Below, piece by piece: positions 29,230 to 38,115 of a stretch of DNA of 64,000 bases (its first letter is position 1; each line of letters begins with the position of its first letter). The notes beneath the pieces are model-generated. The model searched no databases, had not been told where the DNA came from, and saw only the letters and a program-made list of their open reading frames with translations. The stretch is from Candidatus Latescibacterota bacterium (lineage in GTDB: Bacteria > Latescibacterota > UBA2968 > GCA-2709665). The position numbers and the translations under genes are program-made. The DNA lies in contig OZ241917.1 in the NCBI GenBank assembly GCA_965203805.1, forward strand, positions 1,568,001 to 1,632,000. The letters run 5' to 3'.

Positions 29230-30288
29230 TCACAGTCGTATCCAATCCTTAAGGTTTGCATGCTCAAATATCATCTCGTTCTGCAATTGCAGATCCTGTC
29301 CCAGGCCGGCGTCGAGGGCTTTCTCATACATGGCGATGGCGATCCCTATGTCGACGTAGGCCAGGCCAACCGCATTAAAGTAGATTCTTTCGTCGTCGTC
29401 TTCCCTTCCCGGCTTCGAGCCGCACACCAATTCCCCGAGATTCGCATACACGTCGCTATCCGTCAGCATGCCCTCCTTGTACATGCGGCTGAGCGTCTGT
29501 GTTCTGTGTTTCACGGTCTCCCAGTCGTCGCAGACGATCTTGTCGCACTGTTTCGCCACGTTGTATTCATCTTCCCAGCCGCCAATATGACTGTAGAAAG
29601 CGCCGGGTTTCATCCATTCTGCCTTGAGCAGCGGCGCCTGTGCGCTTGTTGCCGTGACGATGATATCCGCTCCGTTAACGGCGCGTTCGAGGACTGAATT
29701 CGCGACCGAAAAATCCATGCCGGGAAGGATCGCAGACATTTCCCGTGCGAACAGTTCTTCCTCAGCACCCAGTTTCGCGGCCACACGACATGTGGTCAGA
29801 GATGGTATGGCGGCCTTCATTGCGATCAGGTGCATCTTTGCCTGTTCACCGGCGCCGATAAATCCAATCGATGTTGCGTCCTGCCGCGCCAGATACCTGG
29901 CAGCCAGCGCGCCGATGCTTCCAACTCGAATGTTGGAACATAGCGTACCTTCCATGAACGCAATCGGAAATCCATGGACAATCTCGGACAAAATGATCAC
30001 CGCTGAAAGATTCTGAATCCCATGGATGACCGGATTCGGCGGAAAGACCGACACCCACTTCATCCCGCATATCCTCTTATCCTTGAACGTCGCCGGCAGG
30101 CAATTTATCCTCTCCTGGGTTTCATCGTTGAAGATCTGCACGATCTTGTCAGGAAACAGAACGTCTCCTTTATCGAAGGCACGAATTGCCGATTCGGCAG
30201 CGTCCATCGCCATCCGGATATCCAGGCACCCGGCGGCAAGGAGATCTTCCTGTGAAAGGAAACGGCAATGAATGTCATGACGTGGCAT
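29230..30288 (-). CDS. Ornithine cyclodeaminase/mu-crystallin family protein
   Basis: GMKWVSVFP, IGAGEQA, IVTATSA, AVGLAYVD. Confidence 0.92.
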   Translation of the reverse strand: MPRHDIHCRFLSQEDLLAAGCLDIRMAMDAAESAIRAFDKGDVLFPDKIVQIFNDETQERINCLPATFKDKRICGMKWVSVFPPNPVIHGIQNLSAVIILSEIVHGFPIAFMEGTLCSNIRVGSIGALAARYLARQDATSIGFIGAGEQAKMHLIAMKAAIPSLTTCRVAAKLGAEEELFAREMSAILPGMDFSVANSVLERAVNGADIIVTATSAQAPLLKAEWMKPGAFYSHIGGWEDEYNVAKQCDKIVCDDWETVKHRTQTLSRMYKEGMLTDSDVYANLGELVCGSKPGREDDDERIYFNAVGLAYVDIGIAIAMYEKALDAGLGQDLQLQNEMIFEHANLKDWIRL

Positions 30289-30325
30289 TGAGGGTCCTTC
30301 CGAATGTAAGATGTTTACACTTCTC

Positions 30326-30670
30326 TCATTGTCGTGCGTCTGGCGCCAAAACACCGGCAAGTGTTTCTGTCGCCCACTGATTGATACTCTTTCCACTTAC
30401 TTCAGCAGCCATCGCGATCGCTGCGTGAACCTCTGGAGGAATGCGCAACATCAGTTTGCCGGAATACGGCTTTTGAGGGGATCTGTTGAGCTTTTCACAG
30501 GTTTCTAGATAGTCGTCAACCGATTCTTCAAAAGCATAACGCAGTTCCTCAACCGATTCGCCGTGAAAGCCTACCACATCATTGATCCCTGCAATGTGAC
30601 CAATGAAGCAGCCATCTTCATCACTATAGTCAATCCGAGCCGCATATCCTCTATGGGTCATCGTGTTCAT
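30326..30670 (-). CDS. hicB: HicB antitoxin
   Basis: GYAARI..FEESVDDYL..YSGKLMLRIPPEVH..SINQW. Confidence 0.93.
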   Translation of the reverse strand: MNTMTHRGYAARIDYSDEDGCFIGHIAGINDVVGFHGESVEELRYAFEESVDDYLETCEKLNRSPQKPYSGKLMLRIPPEVHAAIAMAAEVSGKSINQWATETLAGVLAPDARQ

Positions 30671-30921
30671 GGAGTAACTCCTGCCCGTTGTAGAAAACGT
30701 CTGGCATCACGCACTTGATAGACTCTTGCCTCTCTGTGAGGGTGAGGACGGTGAAAAGTAGCGACGACACCATTGAGCGCAAACCGCACCCGCGAACCTC
30801 TGCCTTCAATTGATTCAGCTCCAATTGCCTTGAATAAAGCTTCAATACGCCTCCACTCCAGTCCCGCAGGAACTGGCGTTTTGAAGATATCAGCCAGAGT
30901 ATCCCGGTGCCGTTTGTTCAC
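30667..30921 (-). CDS. hicA: HicA toxin
   Basis: EGRGSRVRF..FHRPHP..YQV; ATGA overlap with hicB. Confidence 0.93.
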   Translation of the reverse strand: MNKRHRDTLADIFKTPVPAGLEWRRIEALFKAIGAESIEGRGSRVRFALNGVVATFHRPHPHREARVYQVRDARRFLQRAGVTP

Positions 30922-30927
30922 GGGTCA

Positions 30928-30956
30928 ATGATATCACAATCTGATATCATTTGCAA
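30928..30956 (-). promoter_or_regulatory. hicAB promoter with paired TGATATCA operator
   Basis: TTGCAA-17 bp-TATCAT; TGATATCA at 30929-30936 and 30942-30949. Confidence 0.75.
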
Positions 30957-31019
30957 GGGATTTGTGGAGATGTCAGTGAACGCCATCAATGTGTCAGTCT
31001 GTGTTAGATACACACCGGG

Positions 31020-31175
31020 TTGGGCATGCCGCTCCGAACCAGCGTCATCGTCGATTCGATCACGGTCAGCATCGTCACCTCCCCCTTGGGACCCAATCCC
31101 GCAACCGTCCGGAAATTTCTCAACGCCTGCCGTGTGGCGTCGCTTAGTTCACTGTCCACCAGCCCGGGACGATTC
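31020..31175 (-). pseudogene. Peptidoglycan-binding domain remnant
   Basis: Manual translation PGLVDSELSDATRQALRNFRTVAGLGPKGEV; no start codon. Confidence 0.45.
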
Positions 31176-31180
31176 CCCCC

Positions 31181-31678
31181 TCACTCATCAGCGCGGTCGT
31201 CCTTCTTCTCGTGGCGTAATGTGCGTTCAAGTTCTGCCAGGAATCCGCTCTCACTAATAAATCCTGAAAATCCTCCGTATTCGCTCAAGTCTGAACAGGC
31301 TGTCAGAATTGAATTTGCCGCCATATCACTGGATATCTTCGCTTTAATCCCATTCAAATAAGATTCAAGATCCGGACGGTCCTGCAAAGCGCCTAACGCT
31401 CTGGGCCTGATTCCGGCGATTTCACGTTCCACGTCAATTCGCCATCCCTTATGCTTGAGAAATGACCGAAACGCGATTTCCTCGGCCTTTTCCAGATGAC
31501 CATCGATATAGAGCGTCATCACCGCAGCTTCAAGAAAGGCCAATTGTTCATCTGTCGTAAGCTTTCGCGGATCGATAATTGAGCGCATTCTGGAACTGAA
31601 GAGCTTAAAGAGAGTGCCTACGAGGATTGGTGCAAGAATGAAAATAGCTATCACTGCAATTGAGTCATCTGAGAACAT
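31181..31678 (-). CDS. Hypothetical membrane-anchored protein (TerB-like motif)
   Basis: N-terminal TM; IDGHLEKAEE and SESGFL motifs. Confidence 0.6.
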   Translation of the reverse strand: MFSDDSIAVIAIFILAPILVGTLFKLFSSRMRSIIDPRKLTTDEQLAFLEAAVMTLYIDGHLEKAEEIAFRSFLKHKGWRIDVEREIAGIRPRALGALQDRPDLESYLNGIKAKISSDMAANSILTACSDLSEYGGFSGFISESGFLAELERTLRHEKKDDRADE

Positions 31679-31729
31679 CGATCCCCCTGCAACACCTGTT
31701 TGTCCTCTTTGTCTGACGTTCGGCGAACA

Positions 31730-31789
31730 TACCAACGGCAAGTCGGGTGGGGGCCCGGACGGCCCGAGCCGCAAGTGCTGCCGTTACCC
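31730..31789 (-). repeat. attC-like site
   Basis: aacggca...tgccgtt palindrome with inner cggg/cccg stem. Confidence 0.45.
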
Positions 31790-31883
31790 GACGCCGGGAC
31801 GATCGTGCTGCTTTCCCTGACGACAAGGAGGCCGCAAACCAGCGACATCCTCAATTCGAATGAGGCTCCCGTTTCACTTTGCT

Positions 31884-32510
31884 TCACTTCATCAGAAAGT
31901 TCCTGCCATACTGATACGCGGTCTCGAGATTTCTTGCCCTGTTGCTCGATGTTGCAAAGTGATCCGCCATACCAGGGAGGAGCGCGAACTCACAATGCTT
32001 CACACCCGCGTCAGGGCGGAGGCGATCATGGGTGTATAACCGCCTCATGGCTTCAGCAATTCCAGTCTCTTCCATACCCTCCAGAGTATTCCCCACCGGA
32101 CAGAGAACGAGAGCCCTTTCGACTGAAAGTCGCGGAAACGGATAGGTCTCCCTCGCGAATTGGTATTCGTAGGCGTATCCGCAGACCCAAACCCGGTCGA
32201 ACCATCCCTTCAGCTTTGCCGGACAATCGCTCCACCAGACGGGAAAGACAAAGGCCAGGCCGTCTGCCCTGCCGATCTTGCTGTGTTCCGCCTGCACCTC
32301 CGATGGTACGGGGAGAGTGGAGCGATTGCCCTGAACGTTCATCTCGCGAATGTACTCATCCGGACTCATTTCGCATTTGAAGTCCATTTCATACAAATCG
32401 CCGATCTCGTATGTATGCCCTCCGTCGTCGAGTCCTCGACACAACTCGCCCAGGACCTCTCCGGTAAAAGACGTCCTCGCAGGATGCGCGAAGACGACGT
32501 ATGCATGCAT
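31884..32510 (-). CDS. NAD(P)H:quinone oxidoreductase (flavodoxin-2 fold)
   Basis: AHP..SF, DLY, FPVWW..PAKLKGWFDRV. Confidence 0.9.
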   Translation of the reverse strand: MHAYVVFAHPARTSFTGEVLGELCRGLDDGGHTYEIGDLYEMDFKCEMSPDEYIREMNVQGNRSTLPVPSEVQAEHSKIGRADGLAFVFPVWWSDCPAKLKGWFDRVWVCGYAYEYQFARETYPFPRLSVERALVLCPVGNTLEGMEETGIAEAMRRLYTHDRLRPDAGVKHCEFALLPGMADHFATSSNRARNLETAYQYGRNFLMK

Positions 32511-32519
32511 AAACGACCT

Positions 32520-32580
32520 CCGAAGGGGATGCCAATTCCAGGTCGCGACCACCGCCGCAACGCAAAACGCGCTGTTTTCG
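32520..32580 (-). repeat. Partial attC-like site
   Basis: gccgcaacgcaaaacgcgctgtt resembles gccgcagcgcaagacgggctgtt at 42323. Confidence 0.5.
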
Positions 32581-32593
32581 AAAGGAGATTCAA

Positions 32594-33361
32594 CTAAGCA
32601 TGCGCCGTCACGATTGGCTGAAAAAAGCCAGACCTTTCAGGTTCATGCCAGGCGATTTTCGTAAATCCTGCGGACTCCAGGGCGAGAGTGACCTCTTTGC
32701 GCCGAATTGCCCGGTAGCGAGTCCGAATCTCTCTTACCTGCCATCCACTCGGTGTCCGGGTCATTATGAAAAGCCTGACTAAATAGGTATCTGATTTCCT
32801 GGACCAGTCCCAGACCTGAAACGTTATGACCTCGCGCTCCGATATACCCTGGACGTTCGCGCCCATAAACGACGGTCGTTCCGCGAGCAGCCGATCGTAA
32901 TCGCGGATACTGGCAATGAACAGTCCATTACTCGTCAGTGTGCGCCCAATGCTCCGGAGACCGAGAGTCAAGTCTTCATCAGTCAAGAGGTGGGGTAATG
33001 AGTTGTCACAATTTATAACTACGTCGAATTTGTGTGCGAAGGCACATTCCACCTCGCGAACATCGGCGACGGCGAATTCAATCTTCAGCCCCCGGTCAGC
33101 TGCTTCTGATTTCGCCCTGGCAATCGCCTTCGGGCTTAGATCTGACGCGAAGACTTCGTATCCTCGCTGCGCCAGGCCAATTGCCTGAGTGCCTATTCCG
33201 CATGAGCAGTCCAGGACACGCGATGGATTTACTGACGATTCGTATCGAATTATCCGATCCAGTACACACGACTGCCGTTCGATTGCAGATTCCCACTTTG
33301 CGTAAACGTGATGGTAGTCAGCTGCTAACTCATCATAAAAACGTCTGACGTCGTCGCTCAA
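32594..33361 (-). CDS. Class I SAM-dependent methyltransferase
   Basis: VLDCSCGIGTQ, SDLS, DNSLPHL. Confidence 0.92.
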   Translation of the reverse strand: MSDDVRRFYDELAADYHHVYAKWESAIERQSCVLDRIIRYESSVNPSRVLDCSCGIGTQAIGLAQRGYEVFASDLSPKAIARAKSEAADRGLKIEFAVADVREVECAFAHKFDVVINCDNSLPHLLTDEDLTLGLRSIGRTLTSNGLFIASIRDYDRLLAERPSFMGANVQGISEREVITFQVWDWSRKSDTYLVRLFIMTRTPSGWQVREIRTRYRAIRRKEVTLALESAGFTKIAWHEPERSGFFQPIVTAHA

Positions 33362-33391
33362 CGTTAGTAACTCCCTTGAATGAGTCTATTT

Positions 33392-33480
33392 CCAAAACCG
33401 TCCCACGGGTTGCGAAACTGCCGTAGGTAAGTCACGTCGGAGGCGCGAACCCGCCGGAGCCGCAGTGTGGCGTGTTAGCA
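33392..33480 (-). repeat. attC-like site
   Basis: ccaaaac-14 nt-cgaaactgccgtagg...gccgcagtgtggcgtgttagca. Confidence 0.65.
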
Positions 33481-33527
33481 GAATACCGTTTTCACCAGCC
33501 TCTTTCGCTCGGCGACGATGGCGCGGA

Positions 33528-34304
33528 TCAACTGCGTCTCATACCTGACATGCCCTGCAGTTGATCTTCGATCCATTCCATCCACTCAACCAGATATGAC
33601 AGATATTCCTCTACTTCCCTCTCACTCGGTTTGATCGGATGAACATAGATTTCAGAAGTTCTCCTCAGAAATCCTCGCCAATCCGGTGAGGCTTCTTCCA
33701 GCAGCGGAAGAACCACGGACCCCTTGAGGGAATACCCTCCCCCGCTTGCCATGAGGAGATACCCGCCGCCCAGTACGGCCAGGCGTCCGAGCTTACGGAG
33801 GCGCAACGAGGGCTCGTCAGGAAGGGAGAAGTCGGTTGTATTCTCCTCCTGCAATCCCGCTGCATATCGGACAAGTTCCCGGGGGTCGCGGAACGCGCCG
33901 ACGGGATCGGGGGGTGGAATCTCCATCCCTTTGATCAGGTCCTCTCCCCAGACGAGCGTTGCGTCGTAGGAAAGACGCGTTGCGACCTCGGATATCCTGT
34001 CAACAGATCGCGGTCGCACAAGCCCATGAAGTGAGCGGAATTCCTCTCGAAGGGATGCCTCAGATTTCCGCAACCGGAACCTGTCCGCATCGGAGACGGC
34101 GTCCAGGATAAACGGATGCAGGTCAAGATCGGAAACTCCGGGTACAGCTTCATTCCGATGAACACTTCCCCACACATAGACCGAGACAAGCCGCTCTGCG
34201 AATACTTCGAAATACACCGAGACGTGGCCCACGACGGCGTCTCTGAAGAAGGCATCCGTGATGGAGTCGAGATTGATGTACCTGCTGTCGCCAGCGACAT
34301 TCAT
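33528..34304 (-). CDS. Nucleotidyltransferase domain protein
   Basis: VYVWGSV..SDLD; ATGA overlap with the upstream gene. Confidence 0.8.
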   Translation of the reverse strand: MNVAGDSRYINLDSITDAFFRDAVVGHVSVYFEVFAERLVSVYVWGSVHRNEAVPGVSDLDLHPFILDAVSDADRFRLRKSEASLREEFRSLHGLVRPRSVDRISEVATRLSYDATLVWGEDLIKGMEIPPPDPVGAFRDPRELVRYAAGLQEENTTDFSLPDEPSLRLRKLGRLAVLGGGYLLMASGGGYSLKGSVVLPLLEEASPDWRGFLRRTSEIYVHPIKPSEREVEEYLSYLVEWMEWIEDQLQGMSGMRRS

Positions 34305-34909
34305 CTTCCCATCATGTCCGGTTGAGGAAGTCCAAGTTCCTGAATCGTCCACTCAAGACCTGTAATTAGCTGCGCCCTCTGCAGTTTGCGAACCAACGGT
34401 GTATGAGGCAGGTCCGGCAACCCTGCACGCGAAGCGAAATAACCCGTAACATACGACGCCATGTGACCCGCGTCCGCAAGGATATCCCGTGGCGGCGGTC
34501 CACCCTCGTGGCGAAGGCCCGGCAGCCAAAAGGCAATGTCGAGGTCAGGATTGCCGGAGCAGGCGTTGTTCCAGTCGATCAATACAGCCCGGTCGGCACG
34601 AAAGCAGATATTGTCGCTTCTCACGTCAAGATGGACAAGCGCCTTGCCTTCCGGTTCAACGCTATTGTGCGCCTCCAGGAGGGTGGGTAGACACTCTGTC
34701 AACCACGATTCGCTTGCAACGCGTGTCGACAGGAAGGCCTCGGGGTGCGCCGCAACGTCGTGCCAACCTCTATGGGCAAAGACCTCACGATATTCCGGCA
34801 CACTCGCATGGCTCCCATGTATCATTAACGGAGCGTTGACGAACAATTGCGTCACTTCCCGGACGGAGAGCGGCTGCCAATGGCTAAATGGAATCTCGGG
34901 AGTGGTCAT
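34301..34909 (-). CDS. Chimeric ANT-N-terminus/APH-C-terminus ORF
   Basis: First ~27 aa match 46697-47305; remainder matches the C-half of 42373-43239. Confidence 0.75.
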   Translation of the reverse strand: MTTPEIPFSHWQPLSVREVTQLFVNAPLMIHGSHASVPEYREVFAHRGWHDVAAHPEAFLSTRVASESWLTECLPTLLEAHNSVEPEGKALVHLDVRSDNICFRADRAVLIDWNNACSGNPDLDIAFWLPGLRHEGGPPPRDILADAGHMASYVTGYFASRAGLPDLPHTPLVRKLQRAQLITGLEWTIQELGLPQPDMMGR

Positions 34910-34939
34910 ACAGTTCGCGTTCTGCGCACAAACGACGTC

Positions 34940-34991
34940 CGCTAACGGTCCGAAGGCCGGATGGCCGGAGTCGTGGTTGCTCGTGTTATGC
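34940..34991 (-). repeat. attC-like site (internally shortened)
   Basis: R'' GCATAAC contains the TAA stop of the 34986 gene; R' GTTAGCG. Confidence 0.75.
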
Positions 34992-36029
34992 GAAGGTGAG
35001 TTTGCTGGATACGCTAGCAGGCTCCTTTGACATCACGTCACCCCAAATCGATGCTATTTGGTCCAACCAAACCTCCAAGTCCGACTTCGTCAGATTCTCA
35101 TTGAGAAGCCACGAAGCAGTCTCGCCTGCACGAACACCATACCACGTATACGCGTACAAGGCGTCGCGTTTATCATCGAGCTCGTTGACATCTTCACCCA
35201 CAGCCAAACGGGACGGATACGACATAAGGTGCCGCTCCACAACGTGAGTCGGGGCCTCCGAGAATCTTGTCTCAACCTGATCCGAGGCAAGAGAGAATAA
35301 ACCCACAAGTTCCTCCATAATTCGCTGCTCATGATACTCTTGAGCCAGTCTGCAGAACCGAGTGAACACCCTACCAAATGATCGGTCCCCCTGTCCCCAC
35401 CTCTCCATGAGAAAAGGAATGAACACACGTCCAAGTTCCTGAATGGTGATGCTCGCCCCGATAAGATCATCGGAGTCCAGTTCGGACTGGAATCTCCGGA
35501 CAAGCCGGGTCGTGCGTTTGGTGCGCTCGATTTGGCGCGCATGTACGACTCGTTCGTCAAATCGACCAGTCGTGAGCAGATCAGCAAGCGCCGAGGTATC
35601 GCAGCCCGCTGAGGCATACACTGGCTTTCCAAGATGGCTCTTGTCAGTTGCGTGAAAGGTCCTATCATCTGCCATCAGCTCTGCAAGATGGCGCTTGCCT
35701 TGAATCAGGTCTTCCGCCTCCGCCGCCGTAAAGTGAAGACGACCCGCGTCGACCGACGTTGCCCACCTGTCTCGTGACCACTCTCGCGTGATTGCCAGGG
35801 ACAGGTCGTCTATTCTGTTGGGAAGGTTTTCATCTGCATCTTTAGCTATCACATAAATCAGATCAATATCAGAGATCGGCCAGGCTGTTCCTCGTCCGAC
35901 GCTTCCTCCGAGTATCACACCCGCAAGGCCAGAAACAGAAGCGATCCGTTCGATTGCTTCGGAGGTTCTGTCTTGGAGAATCTGCTTCCAGTTCGCCAAG
36001 TACTCTTGAAAGAGATCAGCTTTGAACAA
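34986..36029 (-). CDS. Nucleotidyltransferase domain protein
   Basis: ILGGSVGRG..SDIDL. Confidence 0.78.
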   Translation of the reverse strand: MFKADLFQEYLANWKQILQDRTSEAIERIASVSGLAGVILGGSVGRGTAWPISDIDLIYVIAKDADENLPNRIDDLSLAITREWSRDRWATSVDAGRLHFTAAEAEDLIQGKRHLAELMADDRTFHATDKSHLGKPVYASAGCDTSALADLLTTGRFDERVVHARQIERTKRTTRLVRRFQSELDSDDLIGASITIQELGRVFIPFLMERWGQGDRSFGRVFTRFCRLAQEYHEQRIMEELVGLFSLASDQVETRFSEAPTHVVERHLMSYPSRLAVGEDVNELDDKRDALYAYTWYGVRAGETASWLLNENLTKSDLEVWLDQIASIWGDVMSKEPASVSSKLTFA

Positions 36030-36040
36030 ACGAACTCACT

Positions 36041-36056
36041 TTCGCATAACGTTTCC
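36041..36056 (-). repeat. Isolated R' core of a deleted attC
   Basis: GTTATGCGAA, the exact complement of TTCGCATAAC at the far end of the same cassette. Confidence 0.65.
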
Positions 36057-36123
36057 GGCAGGCGACCATTATTGGCGAAGCCAATCACGACTATCCGGCG
36101 CGGGGGCAACCTGGCCCGGGGTT

Positions 36124-36897
36124 CTATGTTCTCCTGAGTAAGATGATCGGACGGTTGATCTTCCCATCGCCGCTTAGTGGAGTTGAGAGATCCCATTCAT
36201 TCCACCATCCGAGAAACTTGAAGTCGGAGCGCGCAGAAATGAAGAATAGAAACTCTTGAGAGAAGATCACTCGCTTGACAGATGTTCCTTCAACTTTATT
36301 GACCTCTCCGTCCTTTAGAACCTCGAGGCATTCGGTATCCTCGTAGAGTTGCTCTACTCTGTCCAAAACTCGCGAAGCGAAACTGACCTTCACGACGACA
36401 CCATTCTTCTCGACTTCCCAGAAATTCTCACTGGAATCCTGATTATCGAACCTGACGCACCAATCAAGCAGATAAAGACCTCCTGGCCTCAATGTCCTGG
36501 CGACTGCGTCGAAATGTGAGACAAGCTCCTCGCTGCTCTTCACAAAAAGAGAGCCGAGCATCACGAAGGCGAAATCAACAGTCTGGTCGATCTGAAAGTC
36601 GACCAGGTTCGCCTTCAGAAACTGCGCGTAAGCTCCCCTTTTCCTGGCTTTCTCCTTCGAATACGTGAGCATCTCGTCATTGATGTCGATTCCTATGAAA
36701 TTGTAGCCTCTCCTTGTAAGCTCTTCCATGTGGGTGCTGTTGCCGCATCCGATTTCGAGGAAGGCTTTGACAGGGACCTCTGCAAAGCGACGGGCGGCCT
36801 CTTCCAGAACGTCTACCTCCCGCGGAATATCGCGGAAAGAGAACGCGATCTCATTGTACTCGGGAAGTTGGTAGATGTTATTCAAGGTTTTCCCCAT
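36124..36897 (-). CDS. Class I SAM-dependent methyltransferase (paralog of 58515-59321)
   Basis: LEIGCGNS, GIDI, LRPGG. Confidence 0.9.
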   Translation of the reverse strand: MGKTLNNIYQLPEYNEIAFSFRDIPREVDVLEEAARRFAEVPVKAFLEIGCGNSTHMEELTRRGYNFIGIDINDEMLTYSKEKARKRGAYAQFLKANLVDFQIDQTVDFAFVMLGSLFVKSSEELVSHFDAVARTLRPGGLYLLDWCVRFDNQDSSENFWEVEKNGVVVKVSFASRVLDRVEQLYEDTECLEVLKDGEVNKVEGTSVKRVIFSQEFLFFISARSDFKFLGWWNEWDLSTPLSGDGKINRPIILLRRT

Positions 36898-37069
36898 ATT
36901 GACTTGAGTCACTTGCGGGTAACGTTTGAATCTCTTGACTTCGGATTTCCATGATACATCAGGTCACTGGACGTGAAGGAAAAAAATGTCCTTTCGGGCG
37001 ACTTTTTCGGCTCGTTTCGGAAGGTCTCGTCGCAGCACCGCGTTGCTGTTATTGTCGCATTGAGGTTAA

Positions 37070-38029
37070 TTATGAAACGGCTCTTGATGTCTCGGAGAGC
37101 TCATTTCTTCCAATCGTGCCTATCGAACCAAGCATCGAGCCGATCATCACCAGAAGGGCGCCTACCAGACTGAGGCTGTTGAGTCCTTCTGGCTTAAGGA
37201 TATCCGGAAGCATCGGGGCGAAAAAGGCCATACCTGCTACTGTGATAAGGGGCGTCGTAGCAAGGACAACGCCGACTCTGGATGCCTCGATGTGGTCAAG
37301 TGCTTCTGCAAAACTCAGATAGGATATGAGTGTAATCAGCGCGCAAAGAGTAAGCAATGCAGATTGGAACCGACTCAATTGGAACAACTCAGTGGGATGC
37401 GAAAATGAGAAAAAGATCAGTGAGCCTGCCAGATAGATGAGAAACAAAATTGACTCCGAAGGAACAGACTTCAGCAATTGCTTCTGAGATAGGGCGTATA
37501 CGGCCCAGGACGCGGCGGCGGCAATCGTGATCAGAATCCCGGGTAATAGTGAACCGGCGCCAGAGAAGATTTCTGAATACCGCTGATTAAAGAACAAAAT
37601 CAATCCGATGATCAATGTGACGAGTCCAAGACCTTGTAACGTGCTGAAAGATTCCCGGAAGATGGCAAGACTGCCTATCAACAGGAACATGGGCGCTGCT
37701 TGAATGACCACCTGAACCGTGCTGGGTGAGACAAATTCCAATCCCCATAGGTAGAGTGCGAAATTTCCACACAATCCTGTAACTGCAAGAAACAGAAGTA
37801 GAATCTTGAAACCTCGGAGTCTAAAAGCTTGAGCAAACCCATTCTTCCGGGCAACGACTATAGCCAACAATAGGGCGGCTACACCGAAGCGGAACCATGT
37901 AATCGTGATCACATCCAGACTGCTCAACAAGCCTTTCAGGACAATGGGCAATACTCCGAATAGAAGTGCTGTCAAGATGGACAGCATGAATCCAAATTGC
38001 CAGTGACCGGTAGGTGTATGGGTATTCAT
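37070..38029 (-). CDS. DMT/EamA family transporter
   Basis: About 10 hydrophobic segments; WFRF, WAVYALSQK. Confidence 0.9.
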   Translation of the reverse strand: MNTHTPTGHWQFGFMLSILTALLFGVLPIVLKGLLSSLDVITITWFRFGVAALLLAIVVARKNGFAQAFRLRGFKILLLFLAVTGLCGNFALYLWGLEFVSPSTVQVVIQAAPMFLLIGSLAIFRESFSTLQGLGLVTLIIGLILFFNQRYSEIFSGAGSLLPGILITIAAAASWAVYALSQKQLLKSVPSESILFLIYLAGSLIFFSFSHPTELFQLSRFQSALLTLCALITLISYLSFAEALDHIEASRVGVVLATTPLITVAGMAFFAPMLPDILKPEGLNSLSLVGALLVMIGSMLGSIGTIGRNELSETSRAVS

Positions 38030-38115
38030 CCTACAGTTCCGATTTGGTGCCATTGAGTTCTATGCCCGATTTGCCAGTGTGATGTAGTAAGGTTCTTGCG
38101 CCGCCGGCGTGTAAC

